From Candidatus Bruticola sp. (GTDB lineage Bacteria; Vulcanimicrobiota; Xenobia; Xenobiales; Xenobiaceae): a DNA stretch of 64,000 nucleotides. The position numbers were made by a program, and so were the translations under genes. The notes beneath the pieces are model-generated. The model saw only the letters and a program-made list of their open reading frames with translations, was not told the DNA's origin and searched no databases. The stretch covers positions 64,001-128,000 of the forward strand of contig JBJEGD010000013.1 of NCBI GenBank assembly GCA_051874735.1, read 5' to 3'. Each line of letters starts with the position of its first letter. Position 1 is the stretch's first letter. Of the stretch, positions 18,733 to 30,040 are shown one piece after another.

Positions 18733-19725
18733 TTACTTAGGAAGCAGTTGAATAGCGTTGATGGTATTTTTGCTAAGGTAAATGGCTCTCCACAAATCGC
18801 CCCCGTTAGTGGTTAGATATATATTTCCTGTAATAGTTGAGAAGGCGAAAGTACGTTCTCCCAGAGCACTTATAGAGGTGATGCGCTGGTTATTGAGAGA
18901 AGGCAGGCCGACATTTTTTACCTGCCAGGTGTCTCCTCCGTCTTGGGAGCAGATTATGAGTTGAGCCCCATTATCATCGCGCATTTGGCTGAGACTGGCC
19001 ATAATTAAATTAGGATTGTAAGGGGCTATGGCGATGCGCCGAGCAAAATTATAGGGAATACCGTGGCTAAGCTGGGTCCAGGTTGAGCCTAAATCGTCGG
19101 AACGGAAAATTCCCGTTGAAGTAGCCGAAAAAATGCGGTTAGGGGCTAGAGCGTGAATGGCGAAATCATTGACCTCTTTCCCTACGCTTACTGGCCGTTC
19201 AGACCAGGTTAAGCCTCCATCTAAACTTCCCATAAAGCCGCCTTGAGCTACAGAGGCGAAAACTACATTGGGATGAAGAGGGTGCTGGCGCAGCTTAGTG
19301 ACGGAAGCACGGTAGGGAGGTACAGGATATATCCATTCGTCTGAACTGGGCAAAGCATTAAAACTGGGAAGTTTTTGCCAGCGCAATCCGGCTGTTTTAC
19401 TTTTGTAAATTGAAGGCGGCTGGGTGCCTACGTACATAATCATAGGAGATTTGGGATGAGAGCTGATGGCTGTAATGTTGAGTCCGTCCAGTCCTTCTAC
19501 AGTTGTCATCCAATTTTCGCCGTCTTTAGTTTTATGAATTGAGCCTTGAGAAGAGGCGGCTAAAATTGAGCCGCGCGGATCTGTTAGCACAGCTTGTATA
19601 TTGCGGGCCTGATGAGCATGAGAAACTAAGGCCCAGGTGTCAATATCTCGTTCTCCTTCTCGTAAAACAATAATTCCGCGTGTCGTTCCTATCGCTATAC
19701 GCATAATAATTGCCGCCTTTACCAC
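18733..19725 (-). CDS. BNR/Asp-box repeat beta-propeller protein (WD40/YVTN-BNR-like)
   Basis: Repeated SxDGGxTW Asp-boxes (SLDGGLTW, SDDLGSTW, SQDGGDTW, TNGGDLW). Confidence 0.8.
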   Translation of the reverse strand: MVKAAIIMRIAIGTTRGIIVLREGERDIDTWALVSHAHQARNIQAVLTDPRGSILAASSQGSIHKTKDGENWMTTVEGLDGLNITAISSHPKSPMIMYVGTQPPSIYKSKTAGLRWQKLPSFNALPSSDEWIYPVPPYRASVTKLRQHPLHPNVVFASVAQGGFMGSLDGGLTWSERPVSVGKEVNDFAIHALAPNRIFSATSTGIFRSDDLGSTWTQLSHGIPYNFARRIAIAPYNPNLIMASLSQMRDDNGAQLIICSQDGGDTWQVKNVGLPSLNNQRITSISALGERTFAFSTITGNIYLTTNGGDLWRAIYLSKNTINAIQLLPK

Positions 19726-19967
19726 GCCTGTCGGGCAAAAAAATTTAATTCAAAGAGCTGTTGGGCATATCCATCCGCCCAGTATCCAGCTAGCGCAGGA
19801 GATTTTGGCAAGATTGATTTTTACTCCTGCTTAAAAATTTTTTAGCTCGAATTTGCCGTTTATGCTAGGCTGATCAGTTCAGCAGCTATCTATAGCAGGT
19901 TTTCCCCTGTTTTTGGTCGTATGAGAGGGCCGTCAGTTTACTATATTTTTTTTGAGGAGAAAGCATA

Positions 19968-20654
19968 ATGAAACTTGTTATGGTACGTCATGGCCAGAGC
20001 ATGTGGAACTTAGAAAATCGTTTCACAGGTTGGACAGATGTAGATCTCAGCGAAAATGGCATTAAAGAAGCTGAAGAAGCCGGACATTTACTTAAAGCTA
20101 ACGGTTTTTCTTTCGACATGGCTTTTACTTCCGTTTTGAGAAGAGCTAACCACACTTTGGAACTCATTCTTAAAGAGCTTGGTGAGAGCAATATCCCCAT
20201 TAAATACACTTGGCGGTTAAATGAGCGCCACTATGGTGCCCTTCAGGGACTCAATAAAGATGAAACTCGGGCCAAATATGGGGCTGAGCAGGTTCATATT
20301 TGGCGCCGAAGCGCCGATGTCCGTCCGCCGGCCTTGGATAAAGATGACGAGCGTTATCCAGGAAACGATCCTAAATACAAAGATCTGACTCCGGAGCAGC
20401 TTCCTCTCACTGAGCACCTGCTTGACACTGTCGATCGCGTTGTACCTTATTGGGATTCCGATATTAAGCCGGCTCTTTTAGCTGGTAAAAAGTGCATTAT
20501 TGCCGCTCATGGTAACAGCATCAGAGCCTTGGTCAAATACATTGAGAATATTGGCACTAAAGAAATTATGGACGTCGAAATTCCTACTGGCAAACCCTTA
20601 GTTTACGAGCTCGATGACAAAACTTTAGCTTTTGTCAAAAAGTATTACCTGTAG
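19968..20654 (+). CDS. gpmA: 2,3-bisphosphoglycerate-dependent phosphoglycerate mutase
   Basis: [39 protein letters not shown]. Confidence 0.98.
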   Translation: MKLVMVRHGQSMWNLENRFTGWTDVDLSENGIKEAEEAGHLLKANGFSFDMAFTSVLRRANHTLELILKELGESNIPIKYTWRLNERHYGALQGLNKDETRAKYGAEQVHIWRRSADVRPPALDKDDERYPGNDPKYKDLTPEQLPLTEHLLDTVDRVVPYWDSDIKPALLAGKKCIIAAHGNSIRALVKYIENIGTKEIMDVEIPTGKPLVYELDDKTLAFVKKYYL

Positions 20655-20718
20655 CTTTTTTGGTGGTTGACATCCGTCCACCGCTTTTTTAGTTGAGGTT
20701 GTTGTCGGCCGTTATTAA

Positions 20719-20769
20719 ATAAAGCCCGCCCAACTTACCCTTACGGGCAACTGGGGCGGGCTTTGTTTT
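20719..20769. terminator. Bidirectional terminator between gpmA and the TlpA gene
   Basis: AAAGCCCGCCC / GGGCGGGCTTT stem with flanking A/T runs. Confidence 0.75.
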
Positions 20770-20847
20770 CGTTGGTCTTCAATTTTTTATATCGAGTTGA
20801 TATAGGTCAAGCTGCTTGAAGACGGACGTCTGAGGTTATTTTTTTTG

Positions 20848-21372
20848 CTATAAATATTTTTTGATAATTTTTTCAAATACTTCTTTGTCAGCGTAACCAA
20901 CATGGCAGTATCTGATATTTCCTTGGCGGTCAATAATTAAGGTGGTGGGAATACCCTGAATTTCTCCTATTTTCTGCTCAACAGCTTTTATTGCTTTCGG
21001 ATTAGAGTTCCCCAGAATAGAGGGATAATTTAAGCTCTTTTTTTGAGCAAACTGTTGGTGTTTAGTTGCATCGTCGTCCAGGGAAATACCTATTATCTGC
21101 AGTCCTTGGCTTCCGTATTGTTCTTGCAGGGCGATAAAACCGGGGATTTCTTGACGGCAGGGGGGACACCAGGTGGCCCAGAAGTCTACGATTAAAACTT
21201 TGCCGAGATATTTTGAAGTATCAACAGATTGGCCGTTGTAGCTAGTACCGGTAATGGTGGGAAGTTTGCCCAAATTTTGTTCAGCGTTGTTTGCCTGAAC
21301 TTTGGGAGTGCAGGCTATTAGGGCAAAGATGCTAACGCTTATAATAAGCAGTGCGTACAGATATCTTTTCAT
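20848..21372 (-). CDS. TlpA/ResA-family thiol-disulfide oxidoreductase, probable lipoprotein
   Basis: DFWATWCPPC active site, GIPTT cis-Pro motif, signal peptide MKRYL...LIAC lipobox (start 21372 preferred over 21405). Confidence 0.9.
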   Translation of the reverse strand: MKRYLYALLIISVSIFALIACTPKVQANNAEQNLGKLPTITGTSYNGQSVDTSKYLGKVLIVDFWATWCPPCRQEIPGFIALQEQYGSQGLQIIGISLDDDATKHQQFAQKKSLNYPSILGNSNPKAIKAVEQKIGEIQGIPTTLIIDRQGNIRYCHVGYADKEVFEKIIKKYL

Positions 21373-21554
21373 AAACGTTTCCTTTCGGCTCGCTCTGAAC
21401 ACCACATTAAGTTTATAATGGATATGGTAGTTAGCGAGCGTTTAATTAGTTCCTCTAGTATAAAATATTCTCAATAATCAGGTTTTTTCTTCTTTAAAAT
21501 TAAAAAATTATAATCGAATTAAGCAGAGGGAACAGAAAGAGGTTAGCGTTTGTA

Positions 21555-22616
21555 ATGCTGTTGTATCCTTTAAAGTTAAAACCTTATTTGGCATCCCGCC
21601 TTTGGGGAGGGAGTTATTTAGCAAAACATTATGTGCGCTCTGCTCCGCAAACGGATAGTATAGGTGAAATTTGGATTATCGACGGTGAACAGCCGGTCGT
21701 TAATGGCGCTTATACGGGGCTCACCCTCAACGAATTATACAAACGTTTTCCTCGTCAATTTGGTAACGATGGCCACTGCAAAGATTTTCCTCTGCTAATA
21801 AAATGGCTGCGGGCGCAGCAGTGGCTTTCAGTGCAGGTCCATCCACCAGACAATTTAGCGGCTTCACTTAGTGGGGGCGACCAAGGTAAAGAAGAAGCTT
21901 GGTATGTAACTGAGGCGGATCCCGGAGCTCAGCTTATTTTAGGGGTCCATCCGTCAGTTCGATGCAGTCAGATCTTGAGTTTAGCTGGTCTTGATATGAC
22001 GTCTTTATTAAGTAAAATAAGGCCTGCTGTAGGAGACTGCCTCCATATAAAACCTGGGTTAATCCATGCTTTAGGGCCCGGGCTAACCGTTCTTGAAGTG
22101 CAGCAAAATTGTCATTTAACTTACCGACTGTACGATTGGGATCGTTTAGAAGTAGACGGTCATCCCCGCGAACTTCATTTGGCTGAGGCCACCGCGGTGT
22201 TGCGCAGTTGCTGGCCTGTTAATTTGCCTAGCTCAGAAAAATCTGCTTCTAAGGTTTGTGGCACGGAAAACTTTGGCCGTTCATCGGACAAAGATAAAAA
22301 AATGACCACTGGTTTTTTGACATGCTCTAAACTGTCGCAATACGCCCCTCCTATAGGTAAAGTCTTGCTTACCGCAAAAAATTTCCGCTTAGAGGTTATA
22401 ACCTTGGCTGCAGAGTCTATAAAGTGGCTTACTGACGATATTTGTTCAGAAATTATTATTTGTACTAAAGGATGTTTGCAGGTTTATTTGCATGGGGAGT
22501 TCGAAGAGCTCAGATGCGGCGAAGCTTGTGTTTTAGCAGCTGGATCGGTCAAGGTTGGGTTAACTGCCTGCGGAAATGGTGAAGCAGTGCGGGTTATCAG
22601 TTCCCGTTTTCAATAA
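21555..22616 (+). CDS. manA: Mannose-6-phosphate isomerase, type I (cupin)
   Basis: RLWGG, FPLLIK..LSVQVHP, GKEEAWY, IHALG, EVQQ..TYRLYDWDR. Confidence 0.9.
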   Translation: MLLYPLKLKPYLASRLWGGSYLAKHYVRSAPQTDSIGEIWIIDGEQPVVNGAYTGLTLNELYKRFPRQFGNDGHCKDFPLLIKWLRAQQWLSVQVHPPDNLAASLSGGDQGKEEAWYVTEADPGAQLILGVHPSVRCSQILSLAGLDMTSLLSKIRPAVGDCLHIKPGLIHALGPGLTVLEVQQNCHLTYRLYDWDRLEVDGHPRELHLAEATAVLRSCWPVNLPSSEKSASKVCGTENFGRSSDKDKKMTTGFLTCSKLSQYAPPIGKVLLTAKNFRLEVITLAAESIKWLTDDICSEIIICTKGCLQVYLHGEFEELRCGEACVLAAGSVKVGLTACGNGEAVRVISSRFQ

Positions 22617-22691
22617 ACAAAATGCTTTCGGCGCATAACAAGTCGAAGAGCGGTCGGCTGTACTGTTTCTATTGAGCTGTTTTAAGAGAGG

Positions 22692-24089
22692 TTGGGGCTT
22701 GAGGTGGAGTTTGTATCTCCTTACGATAATTTAGCTTTCAGAAAATTGGGGCTGAGCGCGTCTGCGTCTTGGGAAGAAATAGAGGGACAGCTGGCCTGTC
22801 TGCGCCGTCTTATTGAAGAAGTTAATAATCACAACAAAGGCGGGCAGAAAAAAATAAGCTTAGCTAAAGATGCAACTGAGTCTGAAGAAGATTGGTTAGA
22901 GGCCTGTTTGAACTGTCCGGCTGGAGAAGAACTTCTCGATCGGGCTGGAGCGACTAATCTGCCTTGGTTAGAAATGGTCTCGATCAGTCGCAGTGGGGCC
23001 GATGAGATAGAAGAACAGTTAAAAAACGATTCTGTACGCCTTATGAATCGTCTGTTTTGGTATCACTGTCAGGGCAAAGAAGATGAACAGGCTATAAAAT
23101 TTATTCACGAAGGTCAAACTGAACAAGCTGTCAAGCTTTGGATTGAGGTAGGAACTTCTGCTTCGGCCACCGCTTCTGTAAAAGCGTCCGCTCTACATAA
23201 TTTAGCTATTTTGTATCATACTAGAGCGTATGCGGCTCCGCGAGGCAAAGAATGTGCTCAACAAGATCTTAAAGAAGCTGCTCGTTGGTGGAACCGAGTG
23301 TTGGAAAATAAGTATCTGCCTTTTATACTCAGCGATGGTGAAGCCTTTCAATCGTACGTTTTAAACGGCGGAGCAGATGAGGAAGATAGCCAAACTTATA
23401 GCCAGATCTTAGAACAAGCTCGTGAACTTATTCCTAAAATTTACCGCTATATTCCCCAGCTACTGAGCTTTGAGCGCTGTCGTCTCAGTGGACAGTACGA
23501 GGAAGGGGCTAAGCAGATCAATTTCGCTAAAGATAATGTAGCTTTGCCTGTAGAGATGGATTTGCGCGACTATCAGGCGACTAAAGCCCGTATTTCTGTA
23601 GCTTTGTCGGAAGCTGATTATTTTACTGCTCACGGCCAGTTTCAGCAGGCGTCTCGTCTTATTGAAGAGGCTCGCAGTGAAGTAAATACCGATGAAATTG
23701 CTCTATTAAATACTAGTATTTTACATGTGGAGAATAGGCGAGTTGTGCGCGGCTTAATGCCAGTTACTGAAGTCCCCAAACTTTCTTCTCGGGTAGCCTT
23801 TGGCTTTAATCTGGGACGTTTGCGCAATTTCGACGAAAAGACGCGCAGTTTTTCTGCCCGTTTAGCCTGGACTTTTTTCTTTATTCCGCTTTGGTATATC
23901 GCTCGATATCGGGTCCGTCAGGAAGTTTCAGGACGCTGGGTTTTTATGGGACGCTACGTTCACGATCCGCTCATTTCTATTTATAACTTTATAGCGTGTA
24001 TTCTGCTTATTGTGGTGTTGGTTACCATATTGTTGCTTGGTTTGCGCTTCGGACTTTCTGTCGATGTTGGCAGTGCGGTTAAGGTTTAA
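22692..24089 (+). CDS. Hypothetical protein: J-domain-like N-terminus, TPR-like helices, C-terminal membrane anchor
   Basis: AFRKLGLSASASWEEI, ALHNLAILYH, FFFIPLWYIARYRV, C-terminal hydrophobic helix; long ORF with TTG start. Confidence 0.7.
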   Translation: MGLEVEFVSPYDNLAFRKLGLSASASWEEIEGQLACLRRLIEEVNNHNKGGQKKISLAKDATESEEDWLEACLNCPAGEELLDRAGATNLPWLEMVSISRSGADEIEEQLKNDSVRLMNRLFWYHCQGKEDEQAIKFIHEGQTEQAVKLWIEVGTSASATASVKASALHNLAILYHTRAYAAPRGKECAQQDLKEAARWWNRVLENKYLPFILSDGEAFQSYVLNGGADEEDSQTYSQILEQARELIPKIYRYIPQLLSFERCRLSGQYEEGAKQINFAKDNVALPVEMDLRDYQATKARISVALSEADYFTAHGQFQQASRLIEEARSEVNTDEIALLNTSILHVENRRVVRGLMPVTEVPKLSSRVAFGFNLGRLRNFDEKTRSFSARLAWTFFFIPLWYIARYRVRQEVSGRWVFMGRYVHDPLISIYNFIACILLIVVLVTILLLGLRFGLSVDVGSAVKV

Positions 24090-24144
24090 ATTTATATAAA
24101 GGAAGCAGATTTATATTTAGAAAGGCATAGGGCTGGCGGTTTAT

Positions 24145-27100
24145 ATGAAAGCAGTTGTTAATACCGGCAAAAATAAGCGAACTGATAACACCAGAGAAGA
24201 TAAAAACCTTAATGATGTAGTGAAGAGCGGCCATATCGCTAACCATCATCTGCTTCCTAAACTTAAATCGGTAGCTGTACGCCGTTTTCTAGCTAGTACT
24301 CAAGATTATTTTGGCGTCTTAAGTGAAGCTGGCCAAGCAGACACTCCCTACGGAAAGGTACCGTATTTAGCTCAAGTTGTTTTAGGAGAGAGCAAAGCGG
24401 TGCTTCTGGAGTATAAAAAATCTTTAGATAGCACTCAGGGGCGTTTAGCTATATCTTTTCTGCTAGTCGAACGTTGGTCGGAGTTTCGCTTAATATTGGT
24501 TAACCATATTGGCCAGCCACTTTATGAAACGGCCCCTGCTTATTATTGGAATGCTCTGGAAATGCCATCTCTAAGCCGCAATTTCCTTTTAGCCTGTTAC
24601 ATAAAATTTTATCAGCTGAGCTTAGAAGGTCGCACATCCCTTACTTCAATTGAGTTAAGAAAATTTGATTTAGTTAATTTTGTCATTCAATTTCTGCAAG
24701 AAGGCAACATGCTCACGAAAGCTGTTAGCGAACTTGAGGAAAAAAGAGCTGATATAGCTCGTCCTCAGCCTTTTTTTGCCGATTTGCAGGCCAGTGCCGT
24801 TTTTGGATTATATTTGGCTTCTTGCGTTAGTTACGATGGACCCTCGGAAATTAGTTTTCAAGATGGACTGCCTTTGGTAAATTACCCTTTGTCTAAAGGG
24901 ATTTTAATTTTTAAAGTAGGTCTTCTAGCCCATTATATTTTGAAAAATCCGGCTTCGAAAGCGGCTTTGCCTGGAGCTGTCAGAGCGGTAGTAAGCCAAA
25001 TATCTAATCCCTGTCTTTGTGTTGGAGCAGAGTACAGCCCTTATCTTGATTGGCAGGATAAAATTGTGGACTTCGCTTCTGTTAAAGCGGAGCAGAATGA
25101 ATGTGCTGCTTCCTCTGACGGGGCTAGCTACAGGAACGCTCCCTTTGTAGTGGCTCGCCATCTTCTCTTAGAATGGCGTTCCCAGCAGCATGAAGTGGAG
25201 AAAAATGAAACTGGCAATAAGATAAAATTGTACCAATATTGGCTTTGTCCGGCTTGTGGCAATTTTACTACGGTTGAACGAGAAGCCGTGCCTCCTACAG
25301 GAGCGGATATTGCCGAATTAGCTAAAGAATTGGTCAAATATACGGCCTCTCTTGAAGATCATTTATGCAGTCACTGTCGCCATAGTTTAGATATTCTGTG
25401 TCTTCAGTACACAGCTCTCGACTTTGTCTGGCCTTGGCCTGGTGTGGAACTGCTGCTGGAGATGGCGCGTACTCCTACTGATGGACGTCTGCTGCGGGGA
25501 TGGGGGTGGATAAGGCTCTCCGATTTAAACAATACAGCCAAGTTCTGCAGCTGTAGTGATTCGCTTAATGAAGACAGTCTGTATAACCATTTCAAACGCT
25601 TCAGCTCTTTAATGGTTCGCACTCGAGAATTAATACGTTCCGCTTTGAGTCAGCTTAGCTACGTTGAAGAGACATCCTTGGTACAAATGCTGCCAATGGG
25701 CGGTTCTTTATTCTTGCGTTTGGAAAATGCCTCACAAGGTACTGCTAATAATTCTGAACAGGAGGAGGGCCATTTTGTTGAGCTTGAAGGCAAACAGTAT
25801 TTCGTATTTCCTATAGACTTAACTAACCCGGTTTTTGCGATGCCAGCCAACTTTATTAAGCTGGATAAGATTTTAAAAGCGCGTTACTACCTCGATTGGA
25901 CTGCTTTCGTTTTATTTTCTCAAGAGCATTTCAACTATATATTCCAGGTAGAAGGCAGAGAAATTAGGATTAACTGGATTGGCTCACATAAGCAAAAAAT
26001 AGAAGTCTCTAGTAAAAAAGCGTTTTTCAGTCGCAATTTAGCCGAGTTAGCCTCCCAAGCTTTTTACAGCGGATATTATCCGGAGGAAATGTTGGTTAGA
26101 GGCTGTGCTGAAGACTACAAAATTTTCCAGGAGCAAGAAGATGTTTTCGATTGGGCCGAGCATCTTCAAGCTGGAGGGGAGCCTGTGCGCTGTGAAGCCG
26201 AGGGACGCGCCTATGCTTTGTCTACTGGTGAGGAGGTTCGAAAGGTCAGCGCTGAGGAATTGCATGAAGCTTTGGAAAAACCGATGCGTTTAGCTAAGTT
26301 TACTTTTTCTAAAGCGCCCATAAATTTGCATCGCTGCCGTTGTGGCCTGGAGGCAGTACCAAGTATAGAATTCGTCGACTCTTCTCTGTTTAGTCATTTG
26401 AAGTACATAAAATATGAAAAAAAGTTAGACTATATTGTTAAAGATCCTAACCATAAGTTAAACACCGAGATGTTCAGCCGCTATGAAGAGCTTGATAAGA
26501 ACAGGGAAAAGGCTCTCAAAGCTTCCGGAGGAAAATTGGCTGTAGCTTTAGTAGAAATCGAGTCTCTGTCTAGAAGGTCTAAAAAAGTGCCGGGCACTTT
26601 CCAGCGTACCGGTCAGATGATGCCTTCAGAAAATGAAGCATTATTTTTAGAAGCGTTTAAAAAATGGTTCCCTAGAATGGATGAGGTGCGCCTCATTAAT
26701 AAACAAAAAGTTAAAACTTCTTATTTGCAGCCGGTTTGGGCTATGCGCTGTCCTTACCATGTTGTGTATATGAATCCGTCTTCTGGATCGATCCCCAGTC
26801 TATCTTCCCGGCGTCTTTTCAGTTTAGATAGACTGAGCGGTATCTTTTCAGTATATAAATTTAGGCGTTTGTGGGTTGTTTATGGCCCCAATGCTTCATT
26901 TGTAGCACTCGATCCGAGGTTGGCAGTAGGAGTAGCTCAAGCTGGCAATATTAACTTAGACGATTTTTTCAAAGTGGCGGTGCCTCATCAGAATGTAGTT
27001 ATATTGAGCGATTTAGAAACGGATAATGAAGATTTACTGGAAGTATGGCACCGTTTCTGTTGGCGTTTTCGGCAATTTCAAGGAGCAGCTAAAGACTTTT

Positions 27101-27171
27101 TCCTTTATGAAAGAGCTTGTTTTTGTGGAGTAGCGGCGGGCAGATTCCAGGTTAAGGTCTATCCTCTTTAG
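24145..27171 (+). CDS. Large hypothetical protein (1008 aa) with Zn-ribbon-like Cys pairs
   Basis: Uninterrupted 3-kb ORF; CPACG...CSHC and CRCG...CPYH pairs. Confidence 0.75.
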   Translation: MKAVVNTGKNKRTDNTREDKNLNDVVKSGHIANHHLLPKLKSVAVRRFLASTQDYFGVLSEAGQADTPYGKVPYLAQVVLGESKAVLLEYKKSLDSTQGRLAISFLLVERWSEFRLILVNHIGQPLYETAPAYYWNALEMPSLSRNFLLACYIKFYQLSLEGRTSLTSIELRKFDLVNFVIQFLQEGNMLTKAVSELEEKRADIARPQPFFADLQASAVFGLYLASCVSYDGPSEISFQDGLPLVNYPLSKGILIFKVGLLAHYILKNPASKAALPGAVRAVVSQISNPCLCVGAEYSPYLDWQDKIVDFASVKAEQNECAASSDGASYRNAPFVVARHLLLEWRSQQHEVEKNETGNKIKLYQYWLCPACGNFTTVEREAVPPTGADIAELAKELVKYTASLEDHLCSHCRHSLDILCLQYTALDFVWPWPGVELLLEMARTPTDGRLLRGWGWIRLSDLNNTAKFCSCSDSLNEDSLYNHFKRFSSLMVRTRELIRSALSQLSYVEETSLVQMLPMGGSLFLRLENASQGTANNSEQEEGHFVELEGKQYFVFPIDLTNPVFAMPANFIKLDKILKARYYLDWTAFVLFSQEHFNYIFQVEGREIRINWIGSHKQKIEVSSKKAFFSRNLAELASQAFYSGYYPEEMLVRGCAEDYKIFQEQEDVFDWAEHLQAGGEPVRCEAEGRAYALSTGEEVRKVSAEELHEALEKPMRLAKFTFSKAPINLHRCRCGLEAVPSIEFVDSSLFSHLKYIKYEKKLDYIVKDPNHKLNTEMFSRYEELDKNREKALKASGGKLAVALVEIESLSRRSKKVPGTFQRTGQMMPSENEALFLEAFKKWFPRMDEVRLINKQKVKTSYLQPVWAMRCPYHVVYMNPSSGSIPSLSSRRLFSLDRLSGIFSVYKFRRLWVVYGPNASFVALDPRLAVGVAQAGNINLDDFFKVAVPHQNVVILSDLETDNEDLLEVWHRFCWRFRQFQGAAKDFFLYERACFCGVAAGRFQVKVYPL

Positions 27172-27387
27172 GATAAAATTTAATTTTTGCTTCAGCATTT
27201 TATAAAGCTGGCATATAAAAAGAGGTTGAAGTGTTAGCCGGAAAAAATATGTTGAACTGAACCGACCGGGTAGGCTACGCTTTCAAAAAAAGGAAGCCAG
27301 CTGTACAGTGAGAAGTCTGTCCCCAATTTTGGAATGTTGGTGCAGTTTTAGTTGGGGGGCAGCAAGTTCGGAATTAAGGAGAAGTAT

Positions 27388-29982
27388 ATGGGGATGGAGC
27401 CGTTTTCGCATGAAGCTAGGGTGTCTATAGTTTATGCCCGTGAAGCAGCTAAATCTTTTGGAAGCAGTTATATCGGCCCAGAACATCTTTTAATGGGATT
27501 AGCAGCCAATGTCAGTTCCGAGGTAAGCGGTCTTCTGCAGAAGTACGGCATAACTTCAGAGCTTCTATATAATGAAGTATCCAAAGATTTGGGTGAGGCT
27601 TCGGCTTATCAGAGCATGATGTTTACTCAGTCTGCCAAAGAAGTCATTCAAGAAGCTTTTAAGTGCTCTCGTCGTTATGAAAGAAGTTCCGTAGGATGTG
27701 AAGCGCTCCTGTGGGCTATTTTGGAAGTTGCTGAAAATGGCGACAGCTCCTCGAAATCAGAAGTTATTTGTCGAATTTTAGGCAATTTTGATAAGGAGAA
27801 TTTAGAGAACTTAAAAGAAGACGTCAAGTCTATTATAGCTGACAGTGACGAAAATGGGAAAGACAAGCGTTCTTCTAGTACGTCTGCATCAGGAAAGAGA
27901 GCTGCGGCTAGAACTCCTGTTTTAGACAGTTACTGCCGCGATCTTACCAAGTTGGCGCAAGAAGGCAAACTCGATCCTTTAGTAGGGCGTCACAACGAGC
28001 TGGAACGCGTTATTATGGTTTTATCGCGCCGCAACAAGTGTAATCCGGTGCTGATAGGTGATCCTGGAGTGGGAAAAACGGCTATCGTAGAAGGTTTAGC
28101 GCAGCGGATTGTCAGCGGTGAAGTTCCGGATAAGCTCAGAGGTATGCGGGTCTGTTCTCTCTCCCTTTCCAGTGTAGTAGCCGGTACGCGTTACCGCGGA
28201 GATTTTGAAGATCGTCTGAACAAAATTCTCAAAGAGCTCACCGATACTAAATCTAAAGTTATTCTCTTTATCGATGAAATTCATGCATTAGTTGGGGCTG
28301 GTGACAGTGAGGGCGGTATCGACGCCTCTAGCATTCTCAAGCCGGCTTTGGCTCGCGGTGAATTCCAGTGTATTGGAGCTACAACTGTAGGCGAGTACAC
28401 TAAATATATTGAAAAAGATCCTGCTTTAGAGAGACGGTTTCAGACTGTTGATGTCAAAGAGCCGAGTGAGCAGGAAACTTGCAATATAATTTTCGGTCTG
28501 CGCGATCGCTACGAAAGCTTCCACAATGTCGATATTTCAGAAGAAGCTGTGCGTGAGGCGGTGCGTTTGTCGAATCGTTATCTTCCCGATCGCCTTCTGC
28601 CCGATAAGGCTATCGATGTTATCGACGAGGCTTGCAGTCGCGTTAGTTTAGCCCGGGCTAACAAACCGAAGGAGCTTATTAGTAAGTCTGAAGAGGTGCG
28701 CGATTTGGTGCGTCGTCGTGATGAGGCTTTGGTTGAACAGGATTATGAATTAGCCGACGATCTTCGCTTAAAGGAAGAAAGCGCCCGTACGGTTTTAAAC
28801 AGATTAGAAAACGATTGGCAGGAGCGTTTGGATTGCTCAGACTATATAAAGGGCAAACGGCCTGTGGTTAAAGCTGACAATGTGGCTTACGTTGTTTCCT
28901 TGATGTCCGGAGTTCCTTTAAATAATGTCACTCAAAATGAAGCTGCTCGTTTGAGCAACATTGAGCAGATATTACATGAGCGCGTGGTAGGGCAGGATGA
29001 GCCGATTAAAGTAGTGAGTCGGGCTATTAAGAGGGCCAGGGCCGGATTAAAAGATCCTAATAAGCCTATCGGATCTTTTCTTTTCTTAGGCCCCACTGGT
29101 GTAGGTAAAACGGAGTTGGCCCGCACGTTGGCTCAATTCCTCTTCGATGATGAAAATGCGCTGATCCGTTTGGACATGTCGGAGTATTCTGAAAAATTCA
29201 CAGTTTCTCGTCTCTACGGAGCCGCTCCTGGTTATGTAGGCTACGACGAAGGTGGGGAATTGACTGATGCCGTACGTCGCAAGCCTTATTCGGTAGTGCT
29301 TTTTGATGAAATAGAAAAAGCTCACCCTGATATATTTAATGTGCTTTTACAGATTATGGATGAAGGACGTCTAACTGACTCTAAGCGTCATGTGGTAGAC
29401 TTCAAGAATGTAGTCGTTATTCTCACTTCCAATATCGGATTTGCCAATCCCGATCCTAGTGCTAATATGGGACTGCGTGGCAACCGCGATGATGGTTCTC
29501 CTCAAGTTCGTTTTGAGCGCATGAGAAAGCGCGTTTTAGACGAAACTAAGCAGATATTTAAGCCTGAATTTTTGAACCGCCTCGATGCTTCTGTGGTCTT
29601 CCATAGTTTAGAAAGTGAAGATCTGCTTAAAATTGTCGATATTATGCTGGACAAAGTTCGCAAAGAATTATCGGCCAACCATCGCAGTTTTGAAGTTACC
29701 CAAGATGTTAAAAGGGCTTTAGTGGCTTCGTGCCGCGAGCCTCAATATGGGGCCCGTCCTTTGCGTCGAGCTATTCAGCAGATGCTTGAAGATCCTCTGG
29801 CTGATAAAGTTATTGAAGGTGAGTTCCCTGAAGGTAGCTGTATGCTGATCGATTTGAGCGAAGAGGCGCGCATTGAGTTGACTACTCGCGAGGCCGAGGG
29901 GATGATTTCTACGACGGGCAAGACCTCTGATAACGGCGAGGAGGAAACTTTCCGCTTTGTTTTCAAGTTATCTGAAGATTAG
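27388..29982 (+). CDS. clpC: ATP-dependent Clp protease ATP-binding subunit, ClpC type
   Basis: Clp_N repeats, AAA1 [14 protein letters not shown], short UVR-like middle domain, AAA2 [23 protein letters not shown]. Start ATG 27388 after AAGGAG. Confidence 0.93.
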   Translation: MGMEPFSHEARVSIVYAREAAKSFGSSYIGPEHLLMGLAANVSSEVSGLLQKYGITSELLYNEVSKDLGEASAYQSMMFTQSAKEVIQEAFKCSRRYERSSVGCEALLWAILEVAENGDSSSKSEVICRILGNFDKENLENLKEDVKSIIADSDENGKDKRSSSTSASGKRAAARTPVLDSYCRDLTKLAQEGKLDPLVGRHNELERVIMVLSRRNKCNPVLIGDPGVGKTAIVEGLAQRIVSGEVPDKLRGMRVCSLSLSSVVAGTRYRGDFEDRLNKILKELTDTKSKVILFIDEIHALVGAGDSEGGIDASSILKPALARGEFQCIGATTVGEYTKYIEKDPALERRFQTVDVKEPSEQETCNIIFGLRDRYESFHNVDISEEAVREAVRLSNRYLPDRLLPDKAIDVIDEACSRVSLARANKPKELISKSEEVRDLVRRRDEALVEQDYELADDLRLKEESARTVLNRLENDWQERLDCSDYIKGKRPVVKADNVAYVVSLMSGVPLNNVTQNEAARLSNIEQILHERVVGQDEPIKVVSRAIKRARAGLKDPNKPIGSFLFLGPTGVGKTELARTLAQFLFDDENALIRLDMSEYSEKFTVSRLYGAAPGYVGYDEGGELTDAVRRKPYSVVLFDEIEKAHPDIFNVLLQIMDEGRLTDSKRHVVDFKNVVVILTSNIGFANPDPSANMGLRGNRDDGSPQVRFERMRKRVLDETKQIFKPEFLNRLDASVVFHSLESEDLLKIVDIMLDKVRKELSANHRSFEVTQDVKRALVASCREPQYGARPLRRAIQQMLEDPLADKVIEGEFPEGSCMLIDLSEEARIELTTREAEGMISTTGKTSDNGEEETFRFVFKLSED

Positions 29983-30040
29983 TTCAAGAGGCTTAAGGTA
30001 AGAAAACGTTAGAGGTATAGACTGTTCAAGGATATTGACC

